A stretch of DNA of 54,534 nucleotides from an uncultured Dehalococcoidales bacterium (GTDB lineage: Bacteria; Chloroflexota; Dehalococcoidia; Dehalococcoidales; UBA2162), in NCBI GenBank assembly GCA_964493985.1, contig CAZBQL010000005.1, forward strand, positions 1-54,534, in the 5' to 3' direction. This document shows positions 19,113 to 28,159 of this stretch, piece by piece. The stretch's first letter is position 1. Every line of letters starts with the position of its first letter. The notes beneath the pieces were generated by a model. It was not told where the DNA came from. It ran no database searches and was given only the letters and a program-made list of their open reading frames with translations. The translations under genes and the position numbers were made by a program.

Positions 19113-21173
19113 ATGTTCAAGTTTCTTCGACCTAAAGCAACACTCACTGAACGTGAAGTGCAATCCGGATTACGCTGGGTAACGATCGAAGGTGCCGTAT
19201 CGATGGGCTTCTTCAGTATTACAACCAGCGGGATTCTTGTGGCCTACGCTCTGGCCTTAGGAGCTGAGAACTTCCATATAGGTATACTCGCCGCTATACC
19301 TTTTATCATGCAGATTATCCAGATACCCGCTATCTTGCTCATCGAAACGGTCAGGCGGCGTAAATTGATCTCAGTCCTTTCATGGTTTTTTGCCCAGTTA
19401 TGCTGGTTCCCTATTGCGTTAATTCCCTTTTTTCTACCGATACCCGGAACAGCAGCTATTATGCTGCTTATCGGGATAATGGCTTTCAGGGGTATTCTAA
19501 GCGCTATATGTAATGCATCCTGGAACAGCTGGCAGCGTGACCTTATACCACAAAATATTCTCGGCAGGTTCTTTTCGAAACGCATGGCTTATGCAACTGC
19601 CTTTGCTGCAGTTTTCAGTCTTGTTTCTGCCGTATTCATCGATTACTGGAGGAACTCTTCCTTACCGGAAAACACCGCGTTCGGCTATACATATGCGATA
19701 CTGTTCGGAGCCTTGTTCCTCGGGCTCGCCAGTGTATTTTTTATGTCCTTGATTCCAGAACCTCTCATGCAACCGGTAACCGGACCACAACCGTCTCTCA
19801 GGGAGAGATTAGCAGCTCCACTCCGTGATTCTAATTTCAGGCGACTGTTGCGTTTCCTGTTTTACTGGAGTTTCGCTTCCAACCTGGCAATTCCCTTCTT
19901 TGCAGCCCATATGCTCCAGACACTGGGCTTGTCTGTTGTCTGGGTAATAGGACTCAGCATCCTGAGCCAGATATTCAATATCCTGTTTTTACGAGTCTGG
20001 GGACCGTTAGCCGACCGGTTCAGCAACAAGGTTGTCCTTTCAATCGGCATTTCACTCTATCTCCTGGTAATAGGGGGATGGATATTTGTTACCTTACCTG
20101 ACAGGTACTTTTTAACCATACCATTGCTGATAATACTGCATATTTTCGCCGGTATTGCCAGTGCTGCGGTTTCATTCACCGTGGGTACTATCGGATTGAA
20201 ACTGTCTCCTAAAGGCGAAGCAACTTCCTATCTCGCCAGCGCTTCTCTTGCAACCAACATCGGCGCCGGACTTGGTCCGGTAGCAGGAGGTTTTCTCGCC
20301 GACCTCTTCTCAACCCGGCAGCTAAATTTTACCCTCACCTGGATCGATGCTTCCAGCACAATTAATCTGCCGTTTCTCAGCATAACCGGACGTGATTTCC
20401 TGTTCGGTATAGCCTTCATCCTGGGAATATTAACCCTGGGGATGCTTGCCAGTATTCGCGAAGAGGGCGATGTCGCAAGAGAAGTGGTCCTGAAATCGCT
20501 TTACGAGCCTATTAAAGATATATCACGACCGATGAGTACTGTTCCCGGGCTTACGTTCCTGGCTGATCTACCCCTCAATTTTTTCAAACGGGTACCGCCC
20601 GGTCTTGATGTAGCCCTGGGAGTGACTATTTACGAGATAGCAGAAATGGCCAAGGCTACAGCCCTGGCAGCTACCCGGGGACGTAATATCACACAGAGGA
20701 TGGCTTCGGACCTGGGTAAAAATATAACACGCTATGGGCGTTCACGCAGGAAACTCAGAGAACACGGTACGGAAATCGTCCAGCACACAGTTCGCGGCGC
20801 GATGCATGTTGTCGACGAAAAACCGGTGAATATGGACAAGTTGATAGAACAGGTTGTTGAAGGTGTTATCACTGCCTCGAGTGAAGCCGGGATGGATTCA
20901 CGCGATTCACTGATGGGAGCCAGCCAGGGAGTTGTCCGGGGAGCGGTAGAAACCGGGGTAGATGTAACCGAAGCAGTTAAGATAACCATGAAAACTGTAA
21001 AGAAAGCATCTGAAGGAATAGGAGTCTCCGAAAACGAGGCTTTATCCATTGCAGCCGAGGGGGTACTTCTGGCAGCCGAACCCCTTGGTTCCAAGGTTGT
21101 AGCCGAAGTAGTTGACGCGGTTCCGGAGGAAAACCTCCCGATGGCACACGATGAGCCGGATGATAAGTCTTAG
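19113..21173 (+). CDS. MFS transporter with a long C-terminal helical-repeat extension
   Basis: About 12 hydrophobic segments, WGPLADRFSNK MFS motif; roughly 190-aa soluble tail with 22-aa repeats. Confidence 0.85.
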   Translation: MFKFLRPKATLTEREVQSGLRWVTIEGAVSMGFFSITTSGILVAYALALGAENFHIGILAAIPFIMQIIQIPAILLIETVRRRKLISVLSWFFAQLCWFPIALIPFFLPIPGTAAIMLLIGIMAFRGILSAICNASWNSWQRDLIPQNILGRFFSKRMAYATAFAAVFSLVSAVFIDYWRNSSLPENTAFGYTYAILFGALFLGLASVFFMSLIPEPLMQPVTGPQPSLRERLAAPLRDSNFRRLLRFLFYWSFASNLAIPFFAAHMLQTLGLSVVWVIGLSILSQIFNILFLRVWGPLADRFSNKVVLSIGISLYLLVIGGWIFVTLPDRYFLTIPLLIILHIFAGIASAAVSFTVGTIGLKLSPKGEATSYLASASLATNIGAGLGPVAGGFLADLFSTRQLNFTLTWIDASSTINLPFLSITGRDFLFGIAFILGILTLGMLASIREEGDVAREVVLKSLYEPIKDISRPMSTVPGLTFLADLPLNFFKRVPPGLDVALGVTIYEIAEMAKATALAATRGRNITQRMASDLGKNITRYGRSRRKLREHGTEIVQHTVRGAMHVVDEKPVNMDKLIEQVVEGVITASSEAGMDSRDSLMGASQGVVRGAVETGVDVTEAVKITMKTVKKASEGIGVSENEALSIAAEGVLLAAEPLGSKVVAEVVDAVPEENLPMAHDEPDDKS

Positions 21174-21323
21174 CAAGGTTGAATCGAAGAGTAATACACC
21201 TGAGTATATGCAATCTCCCATTATGTACTACATAAATATGACAATAGTCATATCCGTAACTCAGTCACGAGCGTATAATTGCGGTACACTTGAGAATAAA
21301 TTATGATAATTTGGAGGTTGTCA

Positions 21324-21578
21324 GTGACTGAAATAGTAGTTGACTGCACTGGCGAAACGTGCCCTGTACCCTTAGTTGAAACGCGTAAAGCCCTTCGAAA
21401 GGCCGCTGACGGTGATATCGTAGAGATTATTGGTACACATCCGGCTTCAAAGAAAGAAATCCCCATGGCTGTAAAGGCTTTAGGTCTGAAACTCCTGGGT
21501 ATAGAAGAATCCGGTGACACATGGAAAATCAGGATCCAGAAGGAAAAGGAGAGTCAGGATGGCCGAACAGCAGGATAA
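21324..21578 (+). CDS. tusA: TusA/SirA-family sulfur carrier
   Basis: VDCTGETCPVPLVETRKAL (CPxP); GTG start at 21324 after GGAGG. Confidence 0.9.
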   Translation: MTEIVVDCTGETCPVPLVETRKALRKAADGDIVEIIGTHPASKKEIPMAVKALGLKLLGIEESGDTWKIRIQKEKESQDGRTAG

Positions 21579-21987
21579 AGCCACAATAGTCGTTCACAGT
21601 GGCGATATGGACAAGCTCTATAGCGCCCTCATCATAGGAAACGGCGCCCTCGCTATGGGTATGGATGTATCACTGTTTTTCACCTTCTGGGGACTCCAGC
21701 GACTTAAAAAAGGCGGACTGGAGAAAGGGCCGTTATCAAAAATGAATATGTTTGGCCTTGGAAAACTCATGGTTAAGATGAAAATGAAGAAGCAGAACGT
21801 GGCTTCTCTCGAAAGAATGATGCAGGATTTCAAAGAACTTGGCGGGAAGATAATGGCCTGCGATATGACAATGGATATCATGGGTATTAAACCTGAAGAC
21901 CTTCGCCAGGACCTGATAGGAGATTACTGTGGAGTGGGGACGTACCTGGACGAAGCGAGAAATTCGAAAATTACCCTCTTTATCTAA
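21559..21987 (+). CDS. DsrE2-type (DsrE/F/H-like) sulfur relay protein
   Basis: ALIIGNGALAMG.DV.LFFTFWGL...IMACDMTMDIMGI; likely start MAEQQ at 21559, overlapping tusA. Confidence 0.88.
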   Translation: MAEQQDKATIVVHSGDMDKLYSALIIGNGALAMGMDVSLFFTFWGLQRLKKGGLEKGPLSKMNMFGLGKLMVKMKMKKQNVASLERMMQDFKELGGKIMACDMTMDIMGIKPEDLRQDLIGDYCGVGTYLDEARNSKITLFI

Positions 21988-21998
21988 ACCGGAGGGAA

Positions 21999-23171
21999 AT
22001 GATGCTTAATGAAAATCAGGTATACATGGACAACTCGGCAGCAACCCGGCTGGATGAAAAAGTACTGGATGCGATGAGACCCTACTTTTTCGAGCAGTAT
22101 GCTGTAGCTACATCTGAGTTCGCTTATTCTCAGGGAATAGAGGCCGGTGAAGCCCTTGAAGGAGCCAGGACGGTCTTAAGTGGAAAACTCGGTGGTACTC
22201 CTGAAGAGTTTATATTCACATCCGGCAGTACCGAATCATCTAATATTGCCCTCAAAGGTATGGCAATGACTGCTAAAAAGGGCAAGCATTTGATAATATC
22301 AAAAATAGAGGACTTCCCCGTATTGAACAGCGCAAAGGCTATGGAAAAACTGGGATATTCGGTTACGTATCTTGATGTTGACGGTGACGGATTCATAGAC
22401 CTAAAGACATTGGAAAAGGTTATAACGGATGAAACGTTCCTCGTTTCTATCCAGCACGCCAACCAGGAGATAGGTACTATACAGGACATAGGAGCAATCG
22501 GAAAAATCTGCAAGGAAAAGGGAGTGCCGTTTCACACCGACGCCACTCATACCTTCGGAAGGGTCCCTATCGATGTAAAGAAAGTACCGGTGGACCTGAT
22601 AACGGTGTCAGCGCACACCATTCACGGTCCGAAGGGTATAGGTGGCTTGTACATCCGTAAGGGGACGAAGCTGGGCAAGTGGATGGATGGCGGGTTCCAG
22701 GAATTCGACCTCCGTGCCGGATTTGAGAATATACCGGGCGCTATCGGCTTCGCCAGGGCTATTGAGCTGATAACGGAAGAGGAAACAGAAAAACTGCGGC
22801 AAATGAGAGACCATATCATCGACCGAATACTTTCCGAAATACCGGATGTAACATTGAACGGTCACCGGGAAAAACGGCTTCCGCAAAATGCAAACATCTC
22901 CTTCCACTACATCGAAGGTGAATCGATCACCCTGCATCTTGATATGCATGGTTACGCCGTAAACACCGGTTCGGCCTGTTTCAGTCGATCGCTGGAAGGA
23001 AGTCATGTTATATTCGGCATCGGCGGCGATCATGAAAGAGCGCATGGCTCAATACGGTTTACATTCGGAAGGTATAACACCATGGATGAAGTAGACGGTA
23101 TTGTGGACAGGCTGGGCGAGATAGCCGATGAATTAAGAAGTATCAGCCCGCTTGCCCCGGACAAGGATTAA
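21999..23171 (+). CDS. iscS: IscS/NifS-like protein with a degenerate PLP site
   Basis: Class V aminotransferase fold (YMDNSAAT, FTSGSTES, GSAC loop Cys), but SAHTIHGPKG in place of SxHKxxGPKG. Confidence 0.85.
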   Translation: MMLNENQVYMDNSAATRLDEKVLDAMRPYFFEQYAVATSEFAYSQGIEAGEALEGARTVLSGKLGGTPEEFIFTSGSTESSNIALKGMAMTAKKGKHLIISKIEDFPVLNSAKAMEKLGYSVTYLDVDGDGFIDLKTLEKVITDETFLVSIQHANQEIGTIQDIGAIGKICKEKGVPFHTDATHTFGRVPIDVKKVPVDLITVSAHTIHGPKGIGGLYIRKGTKLGKWMDGGFQEFDLRAGFENIPGAIGFARAIELITEEETEKLRQMRDHIIDRILSEIPDVTLNGHREKRLPQNANISFHYIEGESITLHLDMHGYAVNTGSACFSRSLEGSHVIFGIGGDHERAHGSIRFTFGRYNTMDEVDGIVDRLGEIADELRSISPLAPDKD

Positions 23172-23184
23172 AAGGAGGAAATTA

Positions 23185-23820
23185 ATGAAATCACCATACA
23201 CTGAAACGGTCCTGGAACATTTTCGTCACCCCCATAACGTAGGTAAAATAGAAAATGCCGATGGCAAAGCCCAGGAGGGCAGTCCCGCCTGTGGCGACAT
23301 GGTGGCGGTATATATAAACGTAGATGAAAAAACCAAAGTAATCGAGGACGTCAAGTTCGAGTCATACGGGTGCGCCTCCAATATAGCCACCGGGTCGATC
23401 ATAACCGACCTGGCAAAGGGAAAGACTATCGATGAAGCAAAGAAAATATCCTGGAAAGACGCATCGGACGCTCTCGGCGGATTGCCCAAGATAAAAGCTC
23501 ATTGTTCGGTACTGGCTATCGAAGGACTGAGATCGGCCATAGAAAATTACGAGGAAAGGCACGGCCTTGTCAAGGACAGGAAACCGACAAACATCGAAAC
23601 GGTGCGTACCCGCCTGAAGAAAGTAATGAATCCGATGGCTGGACTGGACCTGGTAAGAACTGAACTTGTCGAAGGCATCTCTGTGAAAAACGGTACAGTC
23701 AAGGTATCCATCTCTCTTCCGCCGGACCATCAATTCGCTCCGGCGATCAAGGAAGAGATCATGGAGAAAATCGAGCCACTGTGGGACGTGAACGAGGTTA
23801 TCGTAGAATTCACGGACTAG
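23185..23820 (+). CDS. iscU: IscU/NifU-N scaffold fused to a C-terminal DUF59/MIP18-like domain
   Basis: GSPACGD, FESYGCAS, KAHCS (three Cys); C-terminal LKKVMNP..GLDLV...V domain; AGGAGG RBS before ATG 23185. Confidence 0.88.
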   Translation: MKSPYTETVLEHFRHPHNVGKIENADGKAQEGSPACGDMVAVYINVDEKTKVIEDVKFESYGCASNIATGSIITDLAKGKTIDEAKKISWKDASDALGGLPKIKAHCSVLAIEGLRSAIENYEERHGLVKDRKPTNIETVRTRLKKVMNPMAGLDLVRTELVEGISVKNGTVKVSISLPPDHQFAPAIKEEIMEKIEPLWDVNEVIVEFTD

Positions 23821-23879
23821 GAATAATAATTAGTTTTAGATGTTTTTCCCACATCAAGAGGTGCCTGGAGGTATAGAGG

Positions 23880-24116
23880 ATGTTTCATATGTGGGACTGG
23901 AGTGCAGGAATGGGCTGGTGGATGGGATTCGGTGTTATCTTGATGATACTCTTCTGGGGAGCAGTTATTGCCCTTATCGTTTGGGTAGTAAAGAGGTTCA
24001 CCGGAGGCACTGACTCTAACAGGAAAAACGATCCGCTTGACATAGCCAGAGAGCGTTATGCCAGGGGAGATATATCCAAGGAAGAATTCGATCAAATTAA
24101 AAAAACCCTTTCATAA
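23880..24116 (+). CDS. SHOCT-domain membrane protein
   Basis: One TM helix followed by [27 protein letters not shown]. Confidence 0.88.
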   Translation: MFHMWDWSAGMGWWMGFGVILMILFWGAVIALIVWVVKRFTGGTDSNRKNDPLDIARERYARGDISKEEFDQIKKTLS

Positions 24117-24136
24117 GACGAAAAGAAAAAACGATT

Positions 24137-26782
24137 ATGCCTGAAAAGACATCAGCGAAAAAAGAAAAGGCGAATATCATTGTCACCGGAATGACCTGTA
24201 CCAACTGCGCCGCTACCATAGAGAAGGGCCTGGCCGAAACCCCCGGCGTAGACAAGGCAAATGTCAATTTTGCTTCGGAAAAGGCATCCGTCGAATACGA
24301 CCCTGAAAAGGTCGATCTCAAAACACTTCATAAGACCATATCAGAACTCGGGTATGGTATAGCCACGAAAAAGTCCGTTTTCCCCGTCAGCGGGATGACC
24401 TGCGCGTCCTGTGTCGCACGAGTCGAAGAAGCGTTATCAAGTGTTCCCGGGGTAGTCTCTGCCAATGTTAACCTGGCCTCGGAAAAGGCAACAGTAGAAT
24501 ACACCGAAGGGACGAGTATAACTGATTTAAAGGCAGCAGTACACGATGCCGGCTATGAGTTAGGTTCAGAAGCCGAAACACTTGAAGATGTTACCGCGGC
24601 TTCACAGCGTGAGTTACGTGGTGTCAGGAACAGGTTTGTTTTTGCCGTCGTCCTGGCGGCGGTCATCATGCTGCTGATGTGGCTGCCGGATTTCACCGGT
24701 AAAAAATACCTGCTGTGGGCTCTGGCGACGCCGGTACAGTTCTGGGCGGGGCTTCGTTTTTACAGGGGAGCCTGGGGAGCGCTGAAACACCGGACAGCCG
24801 ATATGAACACGCTGGTAGCCGTCGGCACTTCGGCAGCATATTTCTATAGCGTGGTCGCCGTTCTGTTTCCCGGTGTCTTTACCGGCACCGGCGTAGAAGT
24901 GGCGCTGTATTTCGATACTTCGGCGATGATTATCGCCCTCATACTTCTCGGCCGGTTCCTGGAGACCCGAGCCCGTGGTCAGACATCGGAAGCTATAAAG
25001 AAACTGATAGGGCTGAATCCGAAAACAGCGCTTGTCGTACGCGACGGTAAGGAACAGGAAATCCCGGTAGATGAAGTCCTGGTCGGGGATATAATATTGG
25101 TCCGTCCCGGTGAACGAGTGCCTGTGGATGGGGTAATCCGCGAAGGATACTCCAGTATCGACGAGTCGATGATAACCGGAGAGAGTATTCCCGTAGAGAA
25201 GAACGTCGGAGATGAAGTGATTGGCGCTTCTATCAACAAGACCGGCAGCTTCAGGTTCGAAGCGACGCGTGTTGGTAAGGATACCACCCTTGCCCGTATC
25301 ATCCGGCTGGTTGAAGAAGCTCAAGGAAGCAAGGCGCCTATCCAGCGGCTGGCAGATATCATTGCCAGTTATTTCGTGCCAATGGTCATAAGCATATCGA
25401 TCATCACATTCATAATCTGGTATTTCGCCGGACCGCCGCCGGCTCTTACGTACGCCCTGCTTAATTTCGTGGCTGTGCTGATCATTGCCTGCCCCTGCGC
25501 GATGGGACTGGCAACACCCACCGCCATTATCGTTGGTACCGGTAAGGGCGCTGAACATGGTATTCTGATACGCAGCGCTGAGACGCTTGAAAAAACGCAC
25601 AAGATAAACACGGTAATGCTGGACAAGACCGGAACTCTGACGCGGGGCGAACCCATGGTAACCGACGTCATTCCGGCACTATCCAGAGCCTACATCCTGA
25701 AAATGGCAGCCGCCGCAGAGTATGGTTCGGAACACCCGCTGGGCGAAGCTATCATAAGAGCAGCCACGATGGAAGGCCTGGAATTACCATCCGCTTCCGG
25801 TTTTAACGCCATCCCCGGACAGGGAGTAGAAGCAGTCATCGATAAACAGAATATAGTCCTGGGAAATCTCAGGCTCATCAATGATAAAAATTTGTCCCTT
25901 AACGGACTAAATGACGAAGCGGAAAAATTCCGTAATGAAGGCAAAACGATAATGTACCTGGGGACTGACGGAAAAGTTGAAGGTATTATCGCGCTTGCCG
26001 ATACATTGAAACCGGATGCTGTCGCTTCGGTAAAAGCACTGCAGGATATGGGCACCGAGGTGGTGATGGTGACAGGTGACAATTCCCGAACAGCCGAAGC
26101 TATTGCACGTGAGGCGGGAATAGACCGTGTCCTGGCTGAGGTACTACCCGAGAACAAGGCAGAAGAAGTAAAGAAATTACAGGAACAGGGCAGGATGGTC
26201 GCGATGGTCGGCGACGGCATCAACGACGCCCCGGCACTTGCACAGGCAGACGTAGGAATAGCCATCGGCACCGGCACGGACGTGGCTATGGAGACGGGAG
26301 ATATTACCCTGATAAGCGGCGACCTCGGGGGAATAGCCACTGCTATATCATTGAGCAAACGTACCGTGAGGACGATAAAGCAGAACCTGTTCTGGGCATT
26401 CGCCTACAACACGGTGCTGATACCGGTTGCGGCGGGAGTGCTGTACCTGGTATTCCATAACGGCGGAGTACCTTCAGGACTGCATTTTATCCTTGGTGAC
26501 TATGGTTTTCTCAATCCGATCCTGGCGGCAGCAGCGATGGCTTTAAGTTCTATCACGGTGGTATCGAACTCACTCCGGCTCAAGAGATACAGGCCGGTAA
26601 AAATAAAATCAAACATGGGAGGTAACACAATGGCAAAGGCAATAGACCCGGTGTGCAAGATGGAAATCGAGGAGAGTTCCGCAGCGGCAACTTCGGAATA
26701 CAAAGGGAAGAAATACTATTTCTGCGCCAAAGGCTGCAAGGTAGCCTTCGACAAGGACCCGCAGAAGTATCTGGCCGGGTAA
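24137..26782 (+). CDS. copA: Cu(I)-translocating P1B ATPase with two HMA domains and a C-terminal YHS domain
   Basis: [40 protein letters not shown]-terminal DPVCKM...YYFCAKGC. Confidence 0.95.
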   Translation: MPEKTSAKKEKANIIVTGMTCTNCAATIEKGLAETPGVDKANVNFASEKASVEYDPEKVDLKTLHKTISELGYGIATKKSVFPVSGMTCASCVARVEEALSSVPGVVSANVNLASEKATVEYTEGTSITDLKAAVHDAGYELGSEAETLEDVTAASQRELRGVRNRFVFAVVLAAVIMLLMWLPDFTGKKYLLWALATPVQFWAGLRFYRGAWGALKHRTADMNTLVAVGTSAAYFYSVVAVLFPGVFTGTGVEVALYFDTSAMIIALILLGRFLETRARGQTSEAIKKLIGLNPKTALVVRDGKEQEIPVDEVLVGDIILVRPGERVPVDGVIREGYSSIDESMITGESIPVEKNVGDEVIGASINKTGSFRFEATRVGKDTTLARIIRLVEEAQGSKAPIQRLADIIASYFVPMVISISIITFIIWYFAGPPPALTYALLNFVAVLIIACPCAMGLATPTAIIVGTGKGAEHGILIRSAETLEKTHKINTVMLDKTGTLTRGEPMVTDVIPALSRAYILKMAAAAEYGSEHPLGEAIIRAATMEGLELPSASGFNAIPGQGVEAVIDKQNIVLGNLRLINDKNLSLNGLNDEAEKFRNEGKTIMYLGTDGKVEGIIALADTLKPDAVASVKALQDMGTEVVMVTGDNSRTAEAIAREAGIDRVLAEVLPENKAEEVKKLQEQGRMVAMVGDGINDAPALAQADVGIAIGTGTDVAMETGDITLISGDLGGIATAISLSKRTVRTIKQNLFWAFAYNTVLIPVAAGVLYLVFHNGGVPSGLHFILGDYGFLNPILAAAAMALSSITVVSNSLRLKRYRPVKIKSNMGGNTMAKAIDPVCKMEIEESSAAATSEYKGKKYYFCAKGCKVAFDKDPQKYLAG

Positions 26783-26800
26783 ATAACAACCAGCAAAGAG

Positions 26801-26831
26801 AAAAAGGACGTGATTTCTCACGTCCTTTTTT
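26801..26831. terminator. Bidirectional intrinsic terminator
   Basis: AAAAAGGACGTGA-TTTC-TCACGTCCTTTTTT. Confidence 0.85.
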
Positions 26832-26851
26832 GTTCAATCGGGATTACACCG

Positions 26852-26966
26852 TCATACCTGACCGCCTATGTCGGCGCTTACCAGCAGGACAGTGAGTTTT
26901 TTCCGTGCCGCAAAACGCGGCGGCGAGTCCTGCCGAACCCGCCCCCATTATTATCAATTCAGACAT
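26852..26966 (-). pseudogene. Truncated, frameshifted thioredoxin reductase (TrxB/AhpF-like) N-terminal remnant
   Basis: MSELIIMGAGSAGLAAAF / frameshift / AARKKLTVLLVSADIGGQV* matches the FAD-binding start of TrxB; GGGAG RBS; directly follows the glutaredoxin. Confidence 0.75.
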
Positions 26967-27011
26967 TGTGTCTCCCGCCGCTGTGATTTACAGGAAGCTG
27001 GCTGTAACTCT

Positions 27012-27248
27012 TTATGCCAGGAGTTTTTCAAGTTCAGCCTGGTTAAAGCCGACGACGATGGTATCATCGACAATCACTACCGGAACACCCATCTGCTTGG
27101 ATTTCTCAACCATTTCCCGGGCTTTGTCTTTATCCTGGGCAACATTATATTCCGTATAAGTAACGTTTTTCTGGGAAAGATACTCTTTCACTCTCGTGCA
27201 CCAGGGTCAAGTCGGGGTAGAATATACAACCACGTTCTTCTCCGCCAT
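27012..27248 (-). CDS. Glutaredoxin-like (NrdH/YruB-type) selenoprotein, UxxC motif; absent from ORF track
   Basis: MAEKNVVVYSTPT-TGA-PWCTRVKEYL...QMGVPVVIVDDTIVVGFNQAELEKLLA*; TGA (27209-27207) sits at the first Cys position of CxxC; GGAGG RBS. Confidence 0.85.
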
Positions 27249-27456
27249 TCTCACTCCTCCGTGTATTATAACGATATATATAATCAGTATACTATATTAT
27301 TCGCAGCCTTGTCTCATAAAAGGTCCTTATGGACCTAAACACCATTTCTTATTATAATCAAGTTTTCCATACCTCAATAAATCATTTATCTTCACGAAGA
27401 ATCTTATTGTAAGTGGAAAATAATGCATGGCGGAAAATTTCCTCCGTGAAAAATGC

Positions 27457-28092
27457 CTATTTCGTACGCGGGTTGCCAGGCAGGTGCTGGTCCCGGCTGT
27501 GACGCATAAACCACATACTCCTGGGAGTCCCGGCCATAGAAGTGCGCCATTCAAGCATCTCCTGCCTTAATTCGTCATAGTCCTTTTTTACCGTCGCATA
27601 CAACCTGATATTTTCAAGAGCTATAGCGCCAAGATTAGCCGCTGCCTGGACAAAATCGATCTCATCTTCGGTAAATTCATGCTTCTCTGCCGTATATACT
27701 CTGACAACCCCTATTATCTCGCCCCTCAACTTCATCGGAACAGACAATATGGATGCGATCCCTTCACTTTCCTTCAGTTCAGGGAATTGTACCCGGCTGT
27801 CGTTCTTGGAATCCAGTATAGTCACGACTTTACCTAACAGTGCCTCGCATATGCTTTTTTGTGCAAGGAGAGGACCTTTTCCCAGGTATGCTTCACTCAG
27901 ACCGTATGTTGCGGTATGAAGTAATGTTTTTTTATCGGACGATAGGAGAATAAGAGAGCAGCCTTTCACGCCCATCGCTTCGGTAACGTCCTCCGGTATC
28001 GACTGCAGTACACCTTCAGGCTCGCGTTCCGTATTCAAGTCCTCGGCTACCGAATAAAGGGCTTTCAGGAAATTTATCTCTTTGTCAGGCAT
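27457..28092 (-). CDS. Stand-alone GAF-domain protein
   Basis: GCSLILL...SILSVPMKLRGEIIGVVRVY...FTEDE..F....ANLGAIALEN; likely start MPDKE. Confidence 0.85.
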   Translation of the reverse strand: MPDKEINFLKALYSVAEDLNTEREPEGVLQSIPEDVTEAMGVKGCSLILLSSDKKTLLHTATYGLSEAYLGKGPLLAQKSICEALLGKVVTILDSKNDSRVQFPELKESEGIASILSVPMKLRGEIIGVVRVYTAEKHEFTEDEIDFVQAAANLGAIALENIRLYATVKKDYDELRQEMLEWRTSMAGTPRSMWFMRHSRDQHLPGNPRTK

Positions 28093-28159
28093 TGTCCCGT
28101 CTCCTTTTCGTCTTCTATTAAACTGAATTTTAGCACCGGCCGGTGCGAAAGGTAAATGT

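Noticed and set aside
24614-26358. Long antisense ORFs (328 aa, 222 aa) opposite copA, and similar ones opposite paaK (29796-30746) and rny (32932-33888)
   Set aside because: Typical antisense shadows of GC-rich conserved genes, with no independent motifs
26868-27338. ORF-track ORFs 26868-27338 (+) and 26905-27159 (+)
   Set aside because: Antisense shadows of the real minus-strand selenoglutaredoxin and trxB remnant; no recognisable motifs
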